DNA of 64,000 nucleotides from a virus (Duplodnaviria; Caudoviricetes): IMG/VR virus record IMGVR_UViG_2795385840_000015, positions 1 to 64,000 of that record; one strand, 5' to 3'. Shown piece by piece: positions 35,177 to 43,721 of this stretch (position 1 is its first letter; each line of letters starts with the position of its first letter). The notes under the pieces were generated by a model. It saw only the letters and a program-made list of their open reading frames with translations, ran no database searches and was not told where the DNA came from. The position numbers and the translations under genes were made by a program.

Positions 35177-35206
35177 GTGTACATCGCGTGTACATAATTT
35201 TGCAAG
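35177..35206 (-). promoter_or_regulatory. SigA-like promoter with TGTACA-N5-TGTACA operator
   Basis: Minus strand TTGCAA-N18-TACACT; operator at 35178-35194. Confidence 0.7.
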
Positions 35207-35211
35207 GGTTT

Positions 35212-35427
35212 TCAGATATTTATTTGTGGTGTGACGCTGAATCGTGGGTTGCGTCCATTAAGAATGCTTTGAAGGGTGCCGCGTGGCATATCAACAAATT
35301 CGAGGATGTCGTTATATGAATATCCTCGCTCGTGTGCGTGTCGTATCTCATCGTAGAAGGCGAGGATGTCGGACTTGATTTGGTCTTGCGTCCTGGCTAG
35401 GTCGCGTAGGTTGACGGGTCGTGCCAT
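35212..35427 (-). CDS. Small HTH protein
   Basis: AHERGYSYNDI...MPRGTLQSIL; TACCGT -10 element 6 nt before the ATG. Confidence 0.7.
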   Translation of the reverse strand: MARPVNLRDLARTQDQIKSDILAFYDEIRHAHERGYSYNDILEFVDMPRGTLQSILNGRNPRFSVTPQINI

Positions 35428-35472
35428 GCGGTTACGGTACCTGGCTAGCGCGCTAAGCATGATCGCCCTCGC

Positions 35473-36039
35473 TTAGGTGTTGTCGTTTAGTGCGCGGTCG
35501 TAGATGTCCTTCGGCACGTACTCCCATGGCACGGCGTCTAGCTCGCGCTTGTACTGGTCACGCTCGGCTTTAACGGTCTCTAGCTCGGACTTGGCCTGCG
35601 TGCGTAACGCGTGTGGTGTCTGACCCTCCGACTTTGCGACATAGAACACGTAGCGGTGGCGAGTTTCTGGGTCACGCACCGTGGTTTCGATGTAGTTCTT
35701 AGCGTCGGGCTCTTGGGTAAACCAGATCTTCGCCATGCCTACGAGGATGTCGGTCAGGTATTCGGGTATGCCAAAGCCTGCACCGTTGGGGCCTAGCTCG
35801 GTTATGAGCGCGTCGGCCTCCGCGTGGAGGTGTTGCTTAACCTCTTCGTATTTCTTGGCTTTCTTGGGGGACTTGTGGCGCTGTTCGTCGGGGATTTCTA
35901 GGACTAGTCGGCGCTCGCTGCGCCAGTCAGTGCCGTCATCCTTGATCATTGTGCCGGGCCATGTCTTGCCGATGATGTTGATTAGGGTGCCGGTTATGTC
36001 GATTGGTAGGGGTAGTTCAATCCTTATCTGGGTAGGCAT
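35473..36039 (-). CDS. Hypothetical protein
   Basis: 188-aa ORF. Confidence 0.7.
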   Translation of the reverse strand: MPTQIRIELPLPIDITGTLINIIGKTWPGTMIKDDGTDWRSERRLVLEIPDEQRHKSPKKAKKYEEVKQHLHAEADALITELGPNGAGFGIPEYLTDILVGMAKIWFTQEPDAKNYIETTVRDPETRHRYVFYVAKSEGQTPHALRTQAKSELETVKAERDQYKRELDAVPWEYVPKDIYDRALNDNT

Positions 36040-36042
36040 GGT

Positions 36043-36276
36043 TTAAGCCCAATCTTCCGGGTCGTATTCGTACCAGTTGCCATCCTCGTCTAGGTATGTC
36101 ACCCCGCCCGCGTTGGCGTAGTCAGGAATCATATTGTTTTCGAACTGGAATAGGGCAACGGAGTAGATGGCGTCCAGAATGGCCTGTCCGGTGGCCGGGT
36201 CTGGCACTGATTGTTCCCATGTCTTGCCGGGGACTTGGTGGGTGTACCAGACGCGAAATTCTGTAGGTGTCTGCAT
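36043..36276 (-). CDS. P22 gp17-like protein
   Basis: FRVW..HQVP.K...LFQFEN...PDYANAGG...W. Confidence 0.7.
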   Translation of the reverse strand: MQTPTEFRVWYTHQVPGKTWEQSVPDPATGQAILDAIYSVALFQFENNMIPDYANAGGVTYLDEDGNWYEYDPEDWA

Positions 36277-36375
36277 GTTGTTTCCTTCCGAGGTTTTCTT
36301 GTCTGCCATAACCGGCCACGGGTGTTAGACCGTGACCGATTAAAGCGGACCAGCACCAACCAAACCGCTTAGTCT

Positions 36376-36528
36376 TTACCAGGCGATGAGTACGCCGAAA
36401 ATGCGGAGCGAGCGCACGGTCTGAGTGCGGCCCCTCTTGGTATCCATGTCGTCTTGGTAGTCGATGGATTGACGGAAGATGTTAAACGTCGTCTTGCGAT
36501 AAGTAATGTGCTTGGTTGTGATCTTCAT
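36376..36528 (-). CDS. Small hypothetical protein (50 aa, not in ORF track)
   Basis: MKITTKHITY...IAW; GAAAGG RBS; downstream of repeat copy 2. Confidence 0.55.
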   Translation of the reverse strand: MKITTKHITYRKTTFNIFRQSIDYQDDMDTKRGRTQTVRSLRIFGVLIAW

Positions 36529-36544
36529 TTCAACCTTTCATTTC

Positions 36545-36577
36545 GTCCAGCTTGGCGATTAAAAGCTGTGCAGAGTG
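36545..36577 (-). repeat. 33-bp direct repeat, copy 2
   Basis: Identical to 33639-33671. Confidence 0.9.
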
Positions 36578-36618
36578 GACGGGGTAGGGGTAAGCGAACG
36601 GGTTAGGCCGGTGGCCGG

Positions 36619-36876
36619 CTAGGTGCTTAGCGCTTCGCGCGCTTCGGCCAGCCACCTATCCCAGTGCCATGACGGAAGGCCGATAACGTTGTCTTCCGGG
36701 TCCAAGATGAGGCGCGCGGCCTTGCGGATTGACTGGACTTCAACCCACATCACTAAGTCTGTGAATTTCATGCGCTCCATGTCGCATGCTGTGACCGGTT
36801 CCGGGACATTCAGGTATGCGGCCCGGTATTCGGCGTACGAGTTGAGTAGTGCGGCTAGCTTCTGCACGTCAGCCAT
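36619..36876 (-). CDS. Hypothetical protein
   Basis: AAGGA RBS. Confidence 0.65.
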   Translation of the reverse strand: MADVQKLAALLNSYAEYRAAYLNVPEPVTACDMERMKFTDLVMWVEVQSIRKAARLILDPEDNVIGLPSWHWDRWLAEAREALST

Positions 36877-36881
36877 GGTCG

Positions 36882-37736
36882 TTAGTCCTTAAGTAGTCCG
36901 AGTTCACGTAAGGTGCCCTTAACCGATATCCCCGCGTCGCGGTTATTGAGAATCGGTGGTATGTACAGAGCGCCATCCGGGTAGTCATCGGTCGCTATAA
37001 ATTCGCGTGTGGCCCACCCGTAGCCGTTGCCGATATTGAGCTGTCCAATCCAAGGGGCAGGGAATGCATGCATTGCATTGAATGTGAGGCCGCGAAGCAT
37101 TCCGGCATGCGTCAACGCAAACATGAACATGCCAGGATCGAACGATTCACCCGGGGCTTTAATCCGCACGGCTACACGTCCCGAATGGTTCACCAGTGCG
37201 TGATGCGTGCCTCGACTATTGACGCTAACGTCGTCAACCCATATTTCCGACTGCAATCCGGTCTGGTCTATTGCTTCGGACAAGGCCATTAGACTGTGCC
37301 CGTGTTCTTGGATCTTGCGCGCGCTCACCTGTCCGGGCACGCCGATACCGACTACTAGCGTAATCACGCGCGACAACCGAGCCGTTTCGGCCATCGTGTA
37401 ATCGATCATATTCTCAGGCTCACCTGACAAGTACCTAGCCACGTCTACATCGCACCCTGACACGTTGTAGTCCGCTTGGAATATTTGGTGATTAAGCTCC
37501 CGTTCGATATCTTGAAGCGTTTCTGTAGCTAGTTGCAATGCTTCAATTCCGTCGCGAGGCAGGCCGTCACGCGCCATTTGTAGTAGTTCTTTCATGCTGG
37601 AGGTACCGCCATGGAATTCAGGGTCTCTGCGCATAGATTGGGATCGGTGATCCGGCGCTGATTCGGTCCATGTGATCAATTGCTGAAATGAATCAAACCG
37701 TACTAGAGCATGGTTTTCGTTTGTTGAGAGTTGCAT
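36882..37736 (-). CDS. vWA-like AAA-partner protein, paralog B
   Basis: Paralog of 37758-38579; DVARYLSGEPENM...ITLVV...EIWV...IKAPGE. Confidence 0.7.
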   Translation of the reverse strand: MQLSTNENHALVRFDSFQQLITWTESAPDHRSQSMRRDPEFHGGTSSMKELLQMARDGLPRDGIEALQLATETLQDIERELNHQIFQADYNVSGCDVDVARYLSGEPENMIDYTMAETARLSRVITLVVGIGVPGQVSARKIQEHGHSLMALSEAIDQTGLQSEIWVDDVSVNSRGTHHALVNHSGRVAVRIKAPGESFDPGMFMFALTHAGMLRGLTFNAMHAFPAPWIGQLNIGNGYGWATREFIATDDYPDGALYIPPILNNRDAGISVKGTLRELGLLKD

Positions 37737-37757
37737 CGTCGTATCCCGTCTATTGCT

Positions 37758-38579
37758 TTAGGTGAGCAAGCCAAGCTCGGTTAGCACTCGGTCGATATGG
37801 CGCGCCGTATCATCCCGGTAGTTGATAGGGGGAATATAGATAGCCCCCTTAGGGTAGTCCTGCGCATGGACATATCTATAAACGCAAGTTCCGTAATTGA
37901 AACCGATTCCCAGGCGGGAGACAAATTTGTCTGGTAATGCATGGCATGCGTTGAATAACATCCCCCGATAGAACGCAGGATGGGTGAGGGCGAACATTGC
38001 AGCGCCAGGGTCGAACGGCTCACCCGGTGCCTTAATCCGTACTGCAATACGTGCTGACAGCTCTTCTGGTTTTCCAGTGGTGAACTCGACCCAAATCTCA
38101 GATTGCATGGCTGCGGCGTCGATCGCTTCGGCCAGCGCCACTAGTTTCCGGCCGTGGTTGCGTATTGCCTCTGTACTGGTGCCGCCCGCGACACCAACGC
38201 CGACAACTAATGTTGCAATACGTTCGGTACGTGATACGTCGGCCATTGTGTAGTCGATCATGTTTTCAGGTTCACCGGATAGGTATCGTGCCACGTCTAC
38301 ATCGCATCCCGACACGTTGTAAGCCGTTTGAAATTGCTGTGACACGACTTCCCGGTCGCGTTCCACTTCAGACAGCTCAAGCGCTTCAATTCCCTCACGC
38401 ACCATGCCGGTTTCGGCAAGTGCAAGAGTGTCTTTCAGGTTGCTAATACCTCCATGCCATTCGGCGCGGTCGCGCATGCGTGCAGTCACGTTATCGTTGG
38501 CATTCTTCGACCAGGACGTGAACTCGCCTAGTGATCCGAAACTAAGGCAAGCGTGCGTATCCGACTCTGTAAGGTTCAT
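37758..38579 (-). CDS. vWA-like AAA-partner protein, paralog A
   Basis: Shares a 27-aa identical block with paralog B. Confidence 0.7.
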   Translation of the reverse strand: MNLTESDTHACLSFGSLGEFTSWSKNANDNVTARMRDRAEWHGGISNLKDTLALAETGMVREGIEALELSEVERDREVVSQQFQTAYNVSGCDVDVARYLSGEPENMIDYTMADVSRTERIATLVVGVGVAGGTSTEAIRNHGRKLVALAEAIDAAAMQSEIWVEFTTGKPEELSARIAVRIKAPGEPFDPGAAMFALTHPAFYRGMLFNACHALPDKFVSRLGIGFNYGTCVYRYVHAQDYPKGAIYIPPINYRDDTARHIDRVLTELGLLT

Positions 38580-38657
38580 GCGAGCATCTTTCGGATAGTT
38601 TCGAATGATGGTTCGGGGCACGGCACAGGGGAAATTGATACCGTGCCCCCTGGCTGG

Positions 38658-39851
38658 CTAGCGGGAAAGCTTGGCCCATGTCGTGTCGTCCAAACCGCGA
38701 CGGACGCGCGAGTCAACGGCCTGGTCCCAATCGAAACCGGCGTGCAATAGCCGTGCCATGCCGACTGACGCGCGAGGGGATAGCACCACATTCAGGCCGT
38801 TTTCCTCGCCAGCGCGCCGCAACTTGCGCACGTAGGTAAGAACCTTGTCGGCAGTGGCCTTTGCGACACCGGTCGCGTAAACCAATGCGGTTTCTAGTGC
38901 CTCGTCTATATCGACAGTGACGACGCTGAAACGGTCTAGGGTGGCAGCATCCAACTGTTGACGACCAACGTACTGCCGGTTCGCGCCACGCCCGTAGGTA
39001 TTAGCGCTAGCGACGGTGCGAAAACTGTCGTGACGCTTAACCATGCCATCCGGAAACGCCATATGCCCATTGGCCAGGCCAGCATTGATCACCGCCAACA
39101 CTGACGGATGCGCATTGTCCACCTCGTCAAAATGGAAAACACCACCGTGCTCATATGCCTCACGGAAGAGAGTGCGCACGTACTCACCAGCAGCTTGCAT
39201 ATATCCGAGTAGTGCGCTAGCGGGTGTTTGTGGCGACAGGCTAATGCTGTAGGAGGGCATATTTAGTGATGTGGCAGCTTGTTCGGCAATGGTTGACTTG
39301 CCGGTACCAGCAGGGCCAACCATCATCACGTGTTCACCAGCGGATATTGCCATGATGACATCGCCAAGGCGCGGGTGACTAGTCCCCTCAATTTCAGTAC
39401 GCTCGCCATCGCGCACCACGACAACTCGGGTTGGGTAGACCACGCCATTGACTACCTCACGGGCGATACGTTCAACCTCTTCACGGTCAATAGCTTTGGG
39501 GGCACCGAAAATATCCTGCAACGCCTGCATAGCGGCTTGCGCCTTGTTGGCATCCATACCGGGTGTCTGCCCGGTAGCCGTTGTGGTTGCTTGGGTGATC
39601 GCGGGCGCGGTTTCGCGTGGTGGCTGAGCGGTGGTGATCACATGCACACCCGAGCATTCGTGCAAGGTCTCGTCGTAGTTCAACAGAACGTCATCGCCCA
39701 CGCGCATACCGCAGTCATCGCACCAATTCTCATTGACAGCATCATCGGCAACGATGTGGCCCTTGTAGAGGTTCATTGCGCCGCATCCCTCGCATGGGGT
39801 GCGCAGTGTGCGCTTGGAATGCTTGACGTAGGTGATTGTCGCGGTGGTCAT
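38658..39851 (-). CDS. MoxR/CbbQ-like AAA+ ATPase with N-terminal Zn-binding region
   Basis: GPAGTGKS, FDEVD, ANT.G, LDAATLDRF, SPR; N-terminal CEGC and CDDC. Confidence 0.9.
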   Translation of the reverse strand: MTTATITYVKHSKRTLRTPCEGCGAMNLYKGHIVADDAVNENWCDDCGMRVGDDVLLNYDETLHECSGVHVITTAQPPRETAPAITQATTTATGQTPGMDANKAQAAMQALQDIFGAPKAIDREEVERIAREVVNGVVYPTRVVVVRDGERTEIEGTSHPRLGDVIMAISAGEHVMMVGPAGTGKSTIAEQAATSLNMPSYSISLSPQTPASALLGYMQAAGEYVRTLFREAYEHGGVFHFDEVDNAHPSVLAVINAGLANGHMAFPDGMVKRHDSFRTVASANTYGRGANRQYVGRQQLDAATLDRFSVVTVDIDEALETALVYATGVAKATADKVLTYVRKLRRAGEENGLNVVLSPRASVGMARLLHAGFDWDQAVDSRVRRGLDDTTWAKLSR

Positions 39852-39907
39852 AAGCTGGTCGCCTTTACTTGGGTTGAAAAGTGGTTGGTTGGTTGGTGTG
39901 GTTAAGA

Positions 39908-39936
39908 CTGTACATGCCGTGTACAACCGGTGCAAG
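39908..39936 (-). promoter_or_regulatory. SigA-like promoter with TGTACA-N5-TGTACA operator
   Basis: Minus strand TTGCAC-N17-TACAGT; operator at 39909-39925. Confidence 0.7.
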
Positions 39937-39939
39937 TAC

Positions 39940-40206
39940 TTACGCACTTTGGGCGTCGTACTCCCAATCCCAATTACGTTCGTCTCCGAACTCGTCGTAT
40001 TCGTCGGTCACGGAGGCGCGGGCGGCGAGGATTGCGTCACGGTCAGCCGTGGTCAATGGCACGTACGCAATAGGCCCTGTACCGCCCGCTGGCTTAACCA
40101 TCGCGGTTTCATGGGTAGGCGATACCCAAATGACAGTGCCGGTGATTTGAGTGCCCGTTTGTGGGTGAGTAATGGTTACGGCGTTGCCCTCGGTGTACAC
40201 GTTCAT
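39940..40206 (-). CDS. Hypothetical protein
   Basis: 88-aa ORF; ATGA overlap. Confidence 0.65.
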   Translation of the reverse strand: MNVYTEGNAVTITHPQTGTQITGTVIWVSPTHETAMVKPAGGTGPIAYVPLTTADRDAILAARASVTDEYDEFGDERNWDWEYDAQSA

Positions 40207-40349
40207 TTGTCCCCGTCTTGGTTGGTATGGGTCGGGTATGCGGTGGCCCCGTCGCCCGTTCCGCAGTACTCATCACGGCTATGCGTGTGGATCCAATTCG
40301 TGCCGTCTGATTCTTGAATCATCTCGTGACAGATGGCGCATGTTGCCAT
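40203..40349 (-). CDS. Small Cys/His protein
   Basis: MATCAICH...WIH...C; AAGGA RBS. Confidence 0.55.
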   Translation of the reverse strand: MATCAICHEMIQESDGTNWIHTHSRDEYCGTGDGATAYPTHTNQDGDK

Positions 40350-40468
40350 TGTGTCCATCCTTGGTATGTAGTAGGGGATTAGGCAGCGTAAAAAGTGAAG
40401 ATCACGCGGCGACCTCCGTTGCCGTTGTACGGTACTCGCTTGAGTCACTGTCATACATCAGTCTGATT

Positions 40469-40696
40469 TCAGCCATTTCGGTACTCCGTTTTTGCCACGT
40501 CGTCTTTCTGAAAGTCACCCTCTACGAATTGGTGGCGTGGGATGGCTACTTGATTGCCGTACTGGTTGCTGATCGCGACGGCGTCATGACGATTGACCCG
40601 TAATACCCGGAAGGTCTCACCGCTGTGTGTATTACGCACGGTGTCACCGGCAGCGACGACTTGGTCAACGCCTTTACCCGCCCAGTAATCATTCAT
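40469..40696 (-). CDS. Hypothetical protein
   Basis: 75-aa ORF. Confidence 0.6.
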   Translation of the reverse strand: MNDYWAGKGVDQVVAAGDTVRNTHSGETFRVLRVNRHDAVAISNQYGNQVAIPRHQFVEGDFQKDDVAKTEYRNG

Positions 40697-40700
40697 CTAT

Positions 40701-40982
40701 CTAGTCCTTATCGGCAGTAGAGGGCCAACGCTCGGCAGATGAATCACCGGCATCCTCTAAATGCTCTTCAATGTCTTCGCCGGTACTACCCAGATGCTCG
40801 GAAACCCACACGTCGGCAATCTCGGTGTGACCGAGCGCCCGGAATAGATTTGCAAGCGCTTCCACCTCGGCGCAATTAAGTGTGGGCGCAATCTCAGAGG
40901 CTAAACCGCCATCACCAAATGCATCCGTGAACTTGTAAACCGAATCAAGCAAGTTCGGCCTAACACTAGTGGCCGTATTCAT
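40701..40982 (-). CDS. Hypothetical protein
   Basis: GGGAG RBS; LNCAEVEALANLF..G....A..W..H. Confidence 0.7.
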   Translation of the reverse strand: MNTATSVRPNLLDSVYKFTDAFGDGGLASEIAPTLNCAEVEALANLFRALGHTEIADVWVSEHLGSTGEDIEEHLEDAGDSSAERWPSTADKD

Positions 40983-41030
40983 AGTGCTGGTCTCCCGTGG
41001 TCAATGGGTAAGTGGTTGGTATGCGCATGA

Positions 41031-41059
41031 CTGTACATGGCATGTACAGCTTGGGCAAT
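41031..41059 (-). promoter_or_regulatory. SigA-like promoter with TGTACA-N5-TGTACA operator
   Basis: Minus strand TTGCCC-N17-TACAGT; operator at 41032-41048; fourth operator copy at 41111-41127. Confidence 0.7.
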
Positions 41060-41447
41060 ACCTAAGCGCTAAACAGTGGGCCACCAGCGCATATGTACAC
41101 ACAACCCATCTGTACAGGGCATGTACACACACGCCTCTATCCACCCATGCGCAGAGCCCTAACCCACACGCACACCTAAGCCACTACACACACCCCGTAT
41201 GAGGCCGATAGCAACGTAGCCAAAGCGCCCCCCAACAGCCATAACACCGCAGTTCGCAGGCAAACAACGCAACCACACAGGCCAGACCACGCACAGCCAC
41301 ACGAAACACTTAGGCAAAACGACCACACCTAGCTAACACGCTAAGTCGGCAAAGTAACCACATAACCGCAGGTCAAGGCGTGCCTTAGGCCCCCTGGGGG
41401 GCTACCCGCGCTTCTGTGTGGCACACGCCTCGAACGGCCAGCGACCG

Positions 41448-41471
41448 CTCTCTCTCCGGCCGAAATGAGCC
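41448..41471. other. Candidate cos/genome-end junction
   Basis: CTCTCTCTC-CGGCCGAAA-TGAGCC in the non-coding gap before the small terminase; strand composition flips here. Confidence 0.45.
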
Positions 41472-41577
41472 TGAGAGGGTTATCGGGGGTGCTGGAAAAC
41501 GGCTGGTCGCACTTACAAAACCGCTGTTCGCGGCTCTTGGAGATGAATCGGGGGATTCTGAAACTTAAGGGGGATTG

Positions 41578-41940
41578 ATGGACGACAAGATTCCTGCGGA
41601 GCTAGGGGAGTCTGGCCGGGATCTATGGGCCGGGGTCGCTAATGGTCGGGGGATGACTGCGGCGTCGCGGGCGCTTCTGCTGAATGCGTGTCGGATGGCT
41701 GATCGGCTTGACGATTTGGTGGAGAAGATCGGGGATCGGTTGACGGTGATTAATCACCAGGGCACGGAGACTATTAATCCGCTTATTGCGGAGCATCGTA
41801 TGCAGTACACGGCGTTGGCGCAGGTGTTGGCGAAGATGGGTGTGGCTGAGTTGCCTAAGCCGAAGTCGGATAAGAAGTCGTCGCGGGATGAGTTGGCGGC
41901 TAAGCGCGCTGCTCGGGTAGCTGCCGCGAAGGCGGTTTAG
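41578..41940 (+). CDS. terS: Terminase small subunit
   Basis: LG..G..LW...ACR.ADRLD.L...NPL..E.R...DELAAKRA; position. Confidence 0.8.
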   Translation: MDDKIPAELGESGRDLWAGVANGRGMTAASRALLLNACRMADRLDDLVEKIGDRLTVINHQGTETINPLIAEHRMQYTALAQVLAKMGVAELPKPKSDKKSSRDELAAKRAARVAAAKAV

Positions 41941-42152
41941 TGGCCCGGATGTTGGGGCGTCACCTTCGTGAGCCTTTGTTTTGTTTCTACGGCTGGAAAT
42001 GCGCGTGTGAGCGTGGCCGGGTGAAGGCCCATCGCCGCAGTAGTGGCCGAAATGTTGATTTGTCACGTCGTATTCGTCGGCGCAGGGAGGCGCGCGAATG
42101 GCTGCGTGAAGCTTGGGGGGATTATGACGGCGGTATTGGAGCCGGAGACTGA
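41940..42152 (+). CDS. Small basic hypothetical protein
   Basis: Overlaps the terS stop; Arg-rich. Confidence 0.45.
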   Translation: MARMLGRHLREPLFCFYGWKCACERGRVKAHRRSSGRNVDLSRRIRRRREAREWLREAWGDYDGGIGAGD

Positions 42153-42873
42153 GACTCGCCATGAGGGTCTAATCGGTGTTCAGCGTCCGCGTATTGAGCA
42201 TTTCCCAGCTTATTTTACGACGCTTGGGGATGACGCTATCGACTTGTGTAATCAGTTTGGCTTGGATTTGCTTCCGTGGCAAGAGCTGCTGGTTAGGCAG
42301 TCGCTAGGTCAAAAGGGGAGTTCTACTGGGGACTCTGAGATTGACAAGTTTACGAGCGGAATTACTTGGCAATGGTGCGCGTCTACGTGTTGCCTTATTG
42401 CCCCTCGCCAGAATGGCAAGAATGTGTGCGTTTATGCGCGGCAGCTGGCGGGGTTGTATCTGCTGGGTGAGCGCATTATGCATTCGGCGCACGAGTTCGA
42501 TACCGCTAAGGATGCTCACCGTGAGTTGACGGCGATTATCGCTGGCGATGAGGACTTAGAGGATGAGTGCAAGCTGCCTCACAAGATCGGGGCGGCTGAG
42601 CTTTCGGTAGTGCATAAGGAGTCGGGGGGCTTCATTCACTACGTTGCGCGCGGAAAGAACGCTAAGCGTGGTCGTACCCGCGTGGATCTGATGATTCTTG
42701 ACGAGGCGTTTGCGCTGGATAACGACATGATGGGTTCGTTGTCGCCGCTACAGCAGGCGTCTAAGAATCCGCAGACTTGGTTGACCACCTCTGCCGGCAC
42801 CGATGACTCGGATGTCTTGAAACGTATGCGCGAGTACGGCATGACGTTGGCCGGATTGCGGGACGCGGCATGA
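42124..42873 (+). CDS. terL: Terminase large subunit, ATPase part
   Basis: LLPWQ, PRQNGKN (Walker A), LILDEA-like MILDEA (Walker B), TSAG. Confidence 0.9.
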   Translation: MTAVLEPETETRHEGLIGVQRPRIEHFPAYFTTLGDDAIDLCNQFGLDLLPWQELLVRQSLGQKGSSTGDSEIDKFTSGITWQWCASTCCLIAPRQNGKNVCVYARQLAGLYLLGERIMHSAHEFDTAKDAHRELTAIIAGDEDLEDECKLPHKIGAAELSVVHKESGGFIHYVARGKNAKRGRTRVDLMILDEAFALDNDMMGSLSPLQQASKNPQTWLTTSAGTDDSDVLKRMREYGMTLAGLRDAA

Positions 42874-43721
42874 CGGCAGTCGAGTATGACGATCCGCCGT
42901 TTCTGTTCGCGGAGTGGTCATGCGCTGAGGGTTCGGACCCTGCCGATTTCGAGAACTGGAAGATCGCTAATCCGTCGCTAGGCGTTAAGGGCATCGCTCC
43001 GGTGTCGGCTTTGCGTGAGGACTTCGAGGTCAAGATGGACCTCCAGCAGTTCGCGCGTGAGCACCTGGGCATGTGGGACGACCCGCGCATGAATTCGGTT
43101 ATCCCGTTTGAGGCTTGGGTGGCGTGTCAGCTGGACGACGTTCCCGATCCAGATGAGCCGGGTTCTATGCGGCCTCCGGTGGTGGATCTGGGGATGGTTG
43201 TTGCGTCGGTAGATGTGGCACCTGATCAGGCTTGGGCGTCTATTGCTATTGCGGGTAAGCGTCCTGATGGCCGGTCGCATATCGAGTTGGTTTGGGCGGC
43301 TGGCGGCACGGCGTGGGTGTTGCCGATGATGCAGCGACTTATCTCGTCTTCTAAGCCTCCGGTGGCGGTGGCTGTTCAGGCGGGTGCTGCTGCGGGTGCG
43401 TTGGGTCCGGAGCTTGAGCAGATCGGTTTGAAGGTCCGCTATTTCGGTACTCAGGATATTGCGCAGTCTACGGCGCAGTTTTACACAGACATTATTGATC
43501 AGAAGCTAACCCATTTGGACGATGACGCTCTATTTGAGTGTTTGGCGGGTGCGGCTAAATATCCGATTGGTAAGCCGGAGCTTGAGCAGTGGGGCTGGCT
43601 CCGTAAGAGCACGTCTACCGATATTACGGGGATTGTTGCCGCCTGCTATGCAAATCGGCTTTTGACCTTGGAGGACGTTGAGGTAACGCTTAACGCTCCA
43701 AAGAAACATAGGTTGCTTTGA
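42870..43721 (+). CDS. terL: Terminase large subunit, nuclease part
   Basis: FAEWS, ANPSLG, FAREHLG.W, VDVAPD, DIT..VA. Confidence 0.88.
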   Translation: MTAVEYDDPPFLFAEWSCAEGSDPADFENWKIANPSLGVKGIAPVSALREDFEVKMDLQQFAREHLGMWDDPRMNSVIPFEAWVACQLDDVPDPDEPGSMRPPVVDLGMVVASVDVAPDQAWASIAIAGKRPDGRSHIELVWAAGGTAWVLPMMQRLISSSKPPVAVAVQAGAAAGALGPELEQIGLKVRYFGTQDIAQSTAQFYTDIIDQKLTHLDDDALFECLAGAAKYPIGKPELEQWGWLRKSTSTDITGIVAACYANRLLTLEDVEVTLNAPKKHRLL

